Assembly: GCA_037444915.1 (NCBI GenBank)
Contig: JBBILM010000008.1
Span: forward strand, 1 to 45,284
DNA from: Nitrospirota bacterium
GTDB lineage: Bacteria > Nitrospirota > Thermodesulfovibrionia > Thermodesulfovibrionales > Dissulfurispiraceae
Direction of reading: 5' to 3'
Length of the DNA: 45,284 nt
The translations under genes and the position numbers were made by a program. Shown one piece after another: positions 1 to 7,054 of the stretch (the first letter of the stretch is position 1; each line of letters opens with the position of its first letter). The notes beneath the pieces were generated by a model that saw nothing but the letters and a program-made list of their open reading frames with translations, ran no database searches and had not been told where the DNA came from.

Positions 1-44
1 AGAATGACAGAGAGTGAGTATTAAAATGGGGGATTTAAAAATGG

Positions 45-183
45 GGGACACATCCCATATTTTTATAAGTAGAGTAGCAGGACGAAAAAATTGAATGATG
101 TTGATGTTATTTTGGCAGTCATCTGTGTTAAATTTTTCAAGAAAAGACATGTAAAAGAGGGAGTAAAATATGGGATGTGTCCC
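45..183. repeat. Perfect 19-bp inverted repeat pair (45-63 gggacacatcccatatttt; 165-183 aaaatatgggatgtgtccc) enclosing 101 bp; a direct repeat ttaaaa(a)tggggga lies at 21-33 and 35-48
   Basis: Arms read directly and checked by reverse-complementing. The pairing does not extend beyond 19 bp on either side. Confidence 0.85.
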
Positions 184-215
184 TAAATAAAATTAGACCG
201 TGGCATCGAAAAATC

Positions 216-245
216 TTGACTTTTTTTCTTTCTGCATACTATAAT
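216..245 (+). promoter_or_regulatory. Sigma70-like promoter for the methylase gene (TTGACT, 18-nt spacer, TATAAT)
   Basis: TTGACT at 216-221 and TATAAT at 240-245. The ATG is at 253 with no Shine-Dalgarno sequence, so the mRNA would be leaderless or nearly so. Confidence 0.5.
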
Positions 246-252
246 TAGCATT

Positions 253-978
253 ATGAAACTCGAACAAAATATTCTATTTGACCTTTACGAGCCAGTTTCC
301 AAACAGCCACAAAATGGAAAAAGGATTACTGGTTATACTATTTATAATGCAGAACAAAAAGGAAGAACAAAAAGAAATGATTTGCCTGAGTTTTATCCAG
401 ACCTTCCTCAAAAGAAATATTCAATAATTTATTGCGACCCACCCTGGGATTATAACGGCAAAATGCAATTTGATAAAAGTAGTAAAGGTGTCGATAGTAT
501 CAATTTAGACAAGCCTATTTTTATCAGTGCTGCCAATTTTAAATATCCAACGATCAAGACTGATGTATTAAAAAAAATACCTATTTATGAAATAGCCGAA
601 AATGATTGTTTATTATTTATGTGGGTAACTAGCCCGCATCTCGCACAAGGCATTGAATTAGGTCACGCTTGGGGTTTTGAATATAGAACTGTTGCCTTTG
701 TTTGGGATAAGATGGTTCACAATCCCGGTCAATACACCCTATCTTATTGTGAACTTTGTTTAGTATTTAAACGCGGCAGAATACCGCGACCAAGAGGTGA
801 TAGGAATGTTAAGCAACTTGTAAGAGTTCCAAGAGGGGAACATAGTGAAAAACCTATCGAGGTTTTAAAAAGTATTGAGGCTATGTTCCCTACCCAAAAT
901 AAAATTGAACTCTTTGCACGAACTAAACATGAAACTTGGGATGTTTGGGGCCTTGATGTAAGAGAAGTTTACGAATAA
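253..978 (+). CDS. MT-A70-family N6-adenine DNA methyltransferase (R-M methylase)
   Basis: Has the DPPW catalytic motif (IIYCDPPWDY). Also shows the LLFMWVT, AWGFEY, FVWDK, EHSEKP and ELFAR...WDVWG blocks typical of MT-A70. Confidence 0.85.
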   Translation: MKLEQNILFDLYEPVSKQPQNGKRITGYTIYNAEQKGRTKRNDLPEFYPDLPQKKYSIIYCDPPWDYNGKMQFDKSSKGVDSINLDKPIFISAANFKYPTIKTDVLKKIPIYEIAENDCLLFMWVTSPHLAQGIELGHAWGFEYRTVAFVWDKMVHNPGQYTLSYCELCLVFKRGRIPRPRGDRNVKQLVRVPRGEHSEKPIEVLKSIEAMFPTQNKIELFARTKHETWDVWGLDVREVYE

Positions 979-979
979 A

Positions 980-1579
980 CTATTTTAATAATGGCTCAAA
1001 ATGTTTTTCAAAATGTTCGATTAATTTTTCAGGATTTCTTGAGTCCCGCCAGAAAAAGTAATGTGCTTTTTTATCATCATACCAACAAGTAATTTCTCTG
1101 ACTCTACAAGGGTCTCTCGTAATATCACCTTGAAATACTGTCCAAAAAGGCAAAACATTATTGCCTAGTTTTCCTTTTTTCCTAAGTATTTTTAATAATC
1201 CCGGTGTGAAGAATTTACATGATCTTTCATGTGCATTTCCTCGACCAGCGGCTCTTCCTTTTCCTTCAACCCAGCCATCTTGTCGTTTCACCTCAACATA
1301 AATTGTTTTACCGGATTTTTTATTATCAATCGCATAGTCAGGGGAAACACCGTGTCTTGTTATTTTTTCAACGGGACAATATATTTCGGATAATTCTTGT
1401 TCAGTTAATCTTACATCAACATATATGTCCTTAAATTCCTTTGGATGTTTTCGTACTACATAATCAGTGCCTTCAAAGATAATTTTAAATGTTTCAAAAA
1501 AATCTTTTTCTGCATTACCAGCATTTTTTCCGCTGAAATCTTGCCATTTTCTTCTTAACCTATTATCTTTACTTCCCAT
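980..1579 (-). CDS. Type II restriction endonuclease, PD-(D/E)XK fold, EcoRI-like
   Basis: SPDYAI...YVEVKRQ gives a PD...E-x-K motif. It is followed by AAGRGNAHERSCK, which resembles my recollection of the EcoRI AAGNAIERSHK segment. The gene is convergent with the methylase and overlaps the C gene by 11 nt. Confidence 0.6.
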   Translation of the reverse strand: MGSKDNRLRRKWQDFSGKNAGNAEKDFFETFKIIFEGTDYVVRKHPKEFKDIYVDVRLTEQELSEIYCPVEKITRHGVSPDYAIDNKKSGKTIYVEVKRQDGWVEGKGRAAGRGNAHERSCKFFTPGLLKILRKKGKLGNNVLPFWTVFQGDITRDPCRVREITCWYDDKKAHYFFWRDSRNPEKLIEHFEKHFEPLLK

Positions 1580-1793
1580 CTGAGAAATCCAATAGTTTTG
1601 TCATCCTAATATTCAATGCTCTTGCAATTTTTTCAATATTAGTGAGTGTTATATTTTTTTCACCGCGTTCTATCATGCCAATATAAGTGCGATGTAGGTC
1701 AGCCTTAAAAGCCAATTCTTCTTGAGAAAGACCTTGTTTTTGTCGAATTTCTCTGACCTTCTGTCCAAATTGTATTAGCAATTTTTTATTCAT
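1569..1793 (-). CDS. Controller (C) protein, XRE-family helix-turn-helix regulator of the R-M cassette
   Basis: 74-aa HTH protein (GLSQEELAFKADLHRTYIGMIERGEKN). It lies directly upstream of, and overlaps, the nuclease gene, with a palindromic operator upstream. Confidence 0.75.
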   Translation of the reverse strand: MNKKLLIQFGQKVREIRQKQGLSQEELAFKADLHRTYIGMIERGEKNITLTNIEKIARALNIRMTKLLDFSDGK

Positions 1794-1811
1794 TTGATCA
1801 TTACGAGACTA

Positions 1812-1858
1812 ATGATAACTTTAGTATGCAATTCCAATCTACATACTATAGTTATCAT
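1812..1858 (-). promoter_or_regulatory. C-box-like operator: 17-bp inverted repeat (16/17 match) with a 13-bp spacer, 19 nt upstream of the C-gene ATG
   Basis: Arm 1812-1828 is atgataactttagtatg and arm 1842-1858 is catactatagttatcat. There is no SD before the ATG at 1793, and a TAATGA -10-like hexamer ends 5 nt before the ATG. Confidence 0.5.
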
Positions 1859-1945
1859 ACAAAGTGGCACCTTTAAGAATGCTATAAATAAAAATGAATA
1901 ATGTATTATAATACGCAAGGAATAAAGCACCCTAACAAATCGCTC

Positions 1946-1976
1946 AAGCAGATGCGGATAAATCTCCGCACTGCTT
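1946..1976 (-). terminator. Bipartite hairpin (aagcag-a-tgcgga-taaatc-tccgca-ctgctt), possible insulator or terminator upstream of the C/R operon
   Basis: 12 bp of pairing read directly. The downstream T-tract on the minus strand is only partial (gagcgatttgtt). Confidence 0.3.
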
Positions 1977-2454
1977 AGCTCAGGCGTTAAAAATCTGCAG
2001 GAACTTCTCTCCGGCATTTAGTCCTGCCAGTGGTTCATTAAACGAATGCCTGTTTTAATAATATGCAAAAAAACATTAAAATAATGAGCCGTAAAATAAA
2101 TACTTTTAAAGGTGCGGGGTTGGTTATCGTACGCACTTTCAATCATCTGCCATAGCAAAAGTCTCTACGGCTCTTAATACGGCAAGCAGTCTGTTCGGCG
2201 GCATTCTTGGCAGGGCAGCAGCATGGGAGAAAGCTCATGATGAAGCCTTTACCAAGTCTATGGAGACTCTAAAGCCCGGACTTTGTGCAATGTCCGCGCT
2301 GTTCATCATGGGTGTGCCGAAAAAGCTGTTGGAATATAAACAAGGGACTATGCAAGCAATGCTCGCCTGATCTTGGGGTAGAGATGGCTGCAGCGCAAGC
2401 GAGCCGGACTGTTGAGGAAATCTGGGCGCATTCCCAAATGGCAGAAGATGATAT

Positions 2455-3171
2455 TTATTCTCTGCCTTCTATCAATGCCTTCATTTCCCTTACAGCCCGC
2501 TCAATGCCCACAAGAACAGCCCTTGATATTATGCTATGGCCTATGTAAAGCCCTCTTAATCCTTCTATTGATGCTATGTTTTTTATATTGAAATAGTTCA
2601 GTCCGTGGCCGGCATTGGCAAGCAAACCAAGATTAAAGGCGATTTTGACGGATTCGGCAACCCTGTGAAGTTCTTTTTCCTGTTTTTTTCCGTTTGAATT
2701 TGCATAAAGCCCTGTGTGGATTTCTACCATATCTGCTCCTATTTCTTTGGAAATATCCACATCCATTATGCTGGGATTTATAAACAGGCTAACAGGCATT
2801 CCATTGTCATGGAGTTTTTTAATGGCATCCTTCAGGAGGCTTTTCTGTCCTGCTACATCAAGACCTCCCTCGGTAGTCAGTTCTTCCCTTTTTTCAGGCA
2901 CGAGTGTGACCATGTCGGGTTTAACAGTCGCTGCGATTTTCAGCATTTCCCTGGTTGCGGCCATTTCAAGGTTTAATTCACACCGTACAATCTCCCTTAT
3001 GATTTTCAAATCCCTGTCATTTATATGTCTCCTGTCCTCGCGCAAATGGACTGTGATGCCATCTGCACCGCCTAAAATCGCAAGTGTCGCTGCCATCACA
3101 GGATCAGGCTCAAAGGTCTTTCTCGCCTCCCTTACTGTCGCAACATGATCTACATTAACTCCAAGAATCAT
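2455..3171 (-). CDS. pdxJ: Pyridoxine 5'-phosphate synthase
   Basis: MILGVNVDHVATVREAR...HLREDRRHI is a PdxJ signature. I chose the start at 3171 because AGGAGG lies 6 nt upstream. The ORF-track extension to 3234 looks spurious. Confidence 0.9.
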   Translation of the reverse strand: MILGVNVDHVATVREARKTFEPDPVMAATLAILGGADGITVHLREDRRHINDRDLKIIREIVRCELNLEMAATREMLKIAATVKPDMVTLVPEKREELTTEGGLDVAGQKSLLKDAIKKLHDNGMPVSLFINPSIMDVDISKEIGADMVEIHTGLYANSNGKKQEKELHRVAESVKIAFNLGLLANAGHGLNYFNIKNIASIEGLRGLYIGHSIISRAVLVGIERAVREMKALIEGRE

Positions 3172-3278
3172 TACCAGCCTCCTAAATAAAGTTCTAAAAT
3201 ATACAGCAATCTTATTTACTGAAATTTGTTGCAATGAAGCTTATATGGCTGAATTAATGATAACATAAAAATGGACTG

Positions 3279-5009
3279 CTAATTCGCGTCACCGAACTTG
3301 ACCAGAGTGCCTTTTTTGGCGCCGTATCTGAATACTGTAATTCCCTTTACGCCTTTTTCATATGCATAAAGGTAGGCCTTCGCAACATCATCCTTGTCAG
3401 CCCTGTGAGGCAGATTGATTGTCTTTGAAACTGCGTTGTCAGTGTACTCCTGAAAAGCGACCTGCATGTCTATATGCTCTTCAGGAGATATTTCAAGTGC
3501 TGTTTTAAAAAGATTCCTCACGTCAGCAGGTATTTCCTTCAGGTCTTTCAGATTCCCTTTTTTTAAGACCTTATTCATCAGGTCTTCGGAATAAAAACCC
3601 CTCTCTTTGGCTACTGAGATAAAATACTTGTATACTTCGAATAGTTCAGTATCAAGAACAAGCCGCTTGTATGCAATGGCAAACAAAGGCTCTATTCCGG
3701 ATGAACAGTCCGCAATTGCGGCAATAGTACCCGTAGGCGCAATAGTTGTCGTTGTAGCATTTCTGACCTTAGGCATGTTCGGTGAATCATAAACAGACCC
3801 CTTGAAATTAGGGAAAACCCCGCGTTTTTCAGCAAGTTCTACAGAGGACTGAACAGCCGTATCTCTTATAAATTTCATTAGTTTGCTCGCAAGTTCAAAA
3901 GCCTGTTTATGGTTGTACGGGATGCCAAGCAGTATCAGCATGTCTGCCCATCCCATAACTCCAAGCCCTATCTTTCTGTTGCCTTTATGCATTATATCAA
4001 CTTCAGGAAGGGGATACACATTTACATCAATCGCGTCATCCAAAAATCTTACGGCAGTCCTAATGTCTTCAGCAAGCAGATTCCAGTCAATAAAGTCAGC
4101 AATCCCCTTGGTTTCCATTTTTACGATGGAAAAATTTACGTATTTTGACAGGTTCAATGAGCCCAATACGCAAGCCTCATAAGGCAAAAGGGGCTGCTCG
4201 CCGCAGGGGTTCGTGCTCTCAAAATTGCCTATATGGGGAGTGGGATTATCCCTGTTAATGCGGTCGATAAATATCAATCCCGGATCCCCTGTTTGCCACG
4301 CACTTTCGACAATCTCATCAAATACATATTTGGCGCTTATGCTGCGTACAACCTCGCCAGACCTTGGATTTATAAGATTGTATTCCTCATTTTCTCTTAA
4401 TGCCCGCATGAAAGAATCAGTAACAGAGACAGAAATATTAAAATTGGTCAACTCACCGGAGTCCCTTTTTACCCTAATAAACTCGAGTATGTCAGGATGA
4501 TCAACAGAGAGTATCCCCATGTTAGCGCCCCTGCGTGCGCCTCCCTGTTTTATCATTTCTGTCGCTGTATTGTAGATTTTCATGAAAGATACCGGGCCGC
4601 TCGCTATGCCCCCGGTTGATCTGACAATATCAGACCTCGGCCTTAATCTGGAAAAGGAAAATCCAGTGCCGCCCCCGCTCTGTAGAATAAGCGCTGTATG
4701 CTTCAATGTTTCGAATATGCCCTTCATCGAGTCTTCGACAGGCAAGACAAAACACGCGGCAAGCTGACCCCTTGACTTTCCGGCATTCATAATGGCCGGA
4801 GAATTCGGAAGGAATTTCAGGGAACTCAGCAATTCATGGAATTTTTGATGCCAGTGCCCGGCATCTTCATGATAATTGTTTTCTGCCTGCGCTATGCTCC
4901 CGGCAATGCGCGTAAACATTTTATCAGGGGTTTCAATGATATTTCCCCTCTCATCGCGAAGCAGGTAACGGGCATTCAATATTTTCAAGGCATTTTCTGA
5001 AAGTTCCAT
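3279..5009 (-). CDS. nrdJ: Adenosylcobalamin-dependent (class II) ribonucleotide reductase
   Basis: N-terminus LNARYLLRDERG, the active-site block STNPCGEQPL, and the overall RNR class II layout. Confidence 0.9.
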   Translation of the reverse strand: MELSENALKILNARYLLRDERGNIIETPDKMFTRIAGSIAQAENNYHEDAGHWHQKFHELLSSLKFLPNSPAIMNAGKSRGQLAACFVLPVEDSMKGIFETLKHTALILQSGGGTGFSFSRLRPRSDIVRSTGGIASGPVSFMKIYNTATEMIKQGGARRGANMGILSVDHPDILEFIRVKRDSGELTNFNISVSVTDSFMRALRENEEYNLINPRSGEVVRSISAKYVFDEIVESAWQTGDPGLIFIDRINRDNPTPHIGNFESTNPCGEQPLLPYEACVLGSLNLSKYVNFSIVKMETKGIADFIDWNLLAEDIRTAVRFLDDAIDVNVYPLPEVDIMHKGNRKIGLGVMGWADMLILLGIPYNHKQAFELASKLMKFIRDTAVQSSVELAEKRGVFPNFKGSVYDSPNMPKVRNATTTTIAPTGTIAAIADCSSGIEPLFAIAYKRLVLDTELFEVYKYFISVAKERGFYSEDLMNKVLKKGNLKDLKEIPADVRNLFKTALEISPEEHIDMQVAFQEYTDNAVSKTINLPHRADKDDVAKAYLYAYEKGVKGITVFRYGAKKGTLVKFGDAN

Positions 5010-5094
5010 GAGGATCCAATCCTTAACAGAGCATACCGATTTACCTGGACACGCGCCTCTTAATTAAAGAAGCAGAACTCCTTTTGATGCACTG

Positions 5095-5487
5095 TTATTT
5101 TTCGGTCTTATAGCCCCTCGATAACCATTCAGGGTATCCAGCCTGAAATGTCTGCAAATTCGTGTAACCTGCCATTCCAGCTGCTACAGCAGCCTGCTTT
5201 GTGAGGCCTCACGTCCATCCCTTGCAGTAAAAGATTATAAGGGTGTTTTTGCTTTTAGGAAGGAACTTTTCTATGAAATTGACCTTTTCAGGTGGTACGT
5301 TTATGGCTGTTGGAATATGTCCGGCCTTGTACTCATATTCTTCCCTTGTGTCTACAAGCGCCATCTTCGTCTTTTTGTCGAGCATCTTTTTAAGTTCATC
5401 AGCAGTGACATCCTTAAATTCTATCGCATAGGAATTGCCGAATAAAAAAACAATCAAACTCAAAATCAAGACTAACCTTCTTTTCAT
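5095..5487 (-). CDS. Secreted single-domain rhodanese sulfurtransferase with an in-frame UGA (codon 93, nt 5211-5209); candidate selenoprotein, otherwise a pseudogene
   Basis: The ORF track stops at ...IIFYCKGWT*. The same frame continues for 37 codons (GLTKQAAVAAGMAGYTNLQTFQAGYPEWLSRGYKTEK) to TAA at 5097-5095. That extension supplies the missing C-terminal part of the rhodanese fold. An N-terminal signal peptide is present. Confidence 0.55.
5179..5194 (-). promoter_or_regulatory. SECIS-like stem-loop downstream of the in-frame UGA
   Basis: Minus-strand RNA is UGA-N15-GCUGC-UGUA-GCAGC, with a G-U extension of the stem. The apical loop contains GU and begins 20 nt after the UGA. Confidence 0.35.
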
Positions 5488-5637
5488 TATACTTTAACCT
5501 CCTCTTATTGGTAGTTTAACGCTAAAGATTTATTTTAACAACATATAGCGGAAAAAGGTCTTTCTGATTCGCGTTTCTAAAATAGTCCAACAAATCTGCC
5601 AGTGCCGCTATGCAACTGTATTGTCCGGTTTATATCG

Positions 5638-6135
5638 CTATCTATAATTAGTAAACTGAACATGAATGCCAAAATCCCGTTCCTTTAATTTAGCGATAAT
5701 CGCCTGAAGATCATCAATCTTTTTCCCCTTGACCCTCACCTGATCCTTCTGTATCTCGGCATTCACCTTGAGCTTGGTGTCCTTAATTATCTTCACAATC
5801 TCCTTTGCTTTATCCTGCGGTATTCCCTGTTGAAGGGTTACTAATTGCCTTACTGTTCCGCCTGCTGCCTGCTCCAGTTTGCCGTAAACCAATGCCTTGA
5901 GACTGATGCCTCTTTTAATCAGCTTTGACTGAAGAATATCTATGACGCTCCTTAGTTTCGGCTCGTCATCAGAAATAAGTGTAATCACTGCCTTTCCTTT
6001 ATCAAGCTCAATGCTGCTCTTACTGCCCTTGAAATCGAATCTCTGTCCGATCTCTTTCATCGCCTGAACAACCGCATTGGAAACCTCCTGCAAATCAACT
6101 TCACATACGATATCAAACGAACTCTCTTCTGCCAT
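5638..6135 (-). CDS. yajQ: YajQ-family nucleotide-binding protein (UPF0234)
   Basis: Collinear with my recollection of E. coli YajQ: SFDIV.EVDLQE, RFDFKG, KLKV.A.IQ.D..RV.GK..DDLQ, F.NYR. Confidence 0.85.
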   Translation of the reverse strand: MAEESSFDIVCEVDLQEVSNAVVQAMKEIGQRFDFKGSKSSIELDKGKAVITLISDDEPKLRSVIDILQSKLIKRGISLKALVYGKLEQAAGGTVRQLVTLQQGIPQDKAKEIVKIIKDTKLKVNAEIQKDQVRVKGKKIDDLQAIIAKLKERDFGIHVQFTNYR

Positions 6136-6171
6136 TTTGCCTCCTCATGAATAATTTATATCACCCCTGAA

Positions 6172-7005
6172 TCACGCGCTCTTTATCGCGTCAGCAACCT
6201 TTGCAACCTTTGACATCTCGCTTATATCATGCACCCTGATAATGTTTGCGCCGTTGAATATCGCAATCGCTACTGCCGCGGCAGTGCCTTCAAGCCTTTC
6301 AGAAGGCGGCGCGTCACCAAGTATTTTCCCGATAAACGCCTTTCTTGAAACACCGATCGCCAAGGGCTTTCCAAGCAACCTGAATTCCTTTAAATTTCTG
6401 ATGATCTCGAGATTATGTTCGAATGTCTTACCGAATCCTATCCCCGGGTCAACAATAATTTTATCGTCGGAAATGCCCGCTTTTTTTGCAATCATTATGC
6501 TTTCCCTGAGATAATCCATAATCTGTGGGATCAATGCTTCATAATCCGTATTTTTCTGCATGTCCTTTGGTTTTCCGCGTATGTGCATAATTATAACGGG
6601 CACGCCATATTCAGCAACAACCCTGGGCATTTCAGGATCAAACCTCAGTCCGCTTATATCATTCACAATAGACGCGCCTGAGTCAAGGGCGCGTCGTGCT
6701 ACTTCTGCCTTATAGGTATCGATGGAAATCGGTATATCAACCTTTTTTGACACGGCCTGTATTACGGGTATGACGCGGCTGCTCTCTTCTTCGACAGAAA
6801 CAGGCTCTGAGTCGGGCCTCGTCGACTCGCCGCCAATATCTATAATATCAGCGCCTGCCTCCATAATACTGAATGCCCTGTCTATGGCATTTTTTTCGTC
6901 GAAATAATATCCGCCATCTGAAAATGAATCGGGGGTGACATTGAGCACCCCCATTACGCAGGTTTTTTTAGTGAAATTCAGCAGAAAGTTAGACCACTTG
7001 ACCAT
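6172..7005 (-). CDS. folP: Dihydropteroate synthase
   Basis: VMGVLNVTPDSFSDGG, DIGGESTRP and the IVNDISG motifs. Confidence 0.9.
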   Translation of the reverse strand: MVKWSNFLLNFTKKTCVMGVLNVTPDSFSDGGYYFDEKNAIDRAFSIMEAGADIIDIGGESTRPDSEPVSVEEESSRVIPVIQAVSKKVDIPISIDTYKAEVARRALDSGASIVNDISGLRFDPEMPRVVAEYGVPVIIMHIRGKPKDMQKNTDYEALIPQIMDYLRESIMIAKKAGISDDKIIVDPGIGFGKTFEHNLEIIRNLKEFRLLGKPLAIGVSRKAFIGKILGDAPPSERLEGTAAAVAIAIFNGANIIRVHDISEMSKVAKVADAIKSA

Positions 7006-7054
7006 CGTAGTTAAGCCAGATCAAAACATCCGTTATTCTCGCGGAAATAGAGCT

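Noticed and set aside
1790-2017. 75-aa ORF across the C-gene promoter region. Other intergenic ORFs lie at 25024-25215, 28279-28599, 31017-31199 and 41549-41770.
   Set aside because: They lie over operator, hairpin or promoter sequence, lack SD sequences and have implausible composition. They are better explained as non-coding regulatory DNA.
2285-2548. 87-aa ORF called on the plus strand, overlapping the 3' end of pdxJ
   Set aside because: Its last 94 nt (about 31 codons) are antisense to well-supported pdxJ coding sequence. It begins with GTG and has no SD. I treat only its 5' Cys-rich part as a possible gene remnant (see findings), not as an intact CDS.
5010-5094. Cobalamin riboswitch or NrdR boxes upstream of nrdJ
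   Set aside because: The gap is only 85 nt. I could not find a B12-box or paired 16-bp NrdR-type palindromes. A B12 riboswitch would also not be expected on a B12-dependent RNR.
5209-5211. The in-frame TGA in the rhodanese gene as evidence of an alternative genetic code (TGA as Trp or Gly)
   Set aside because: TGA terminates other well-delimited genes here, such as the kinase at 26462-26464 and the 13-haem cytochrome at 29118-29120. Both sit in ATGA overlaps with the next start. No other gene is split by TGA.
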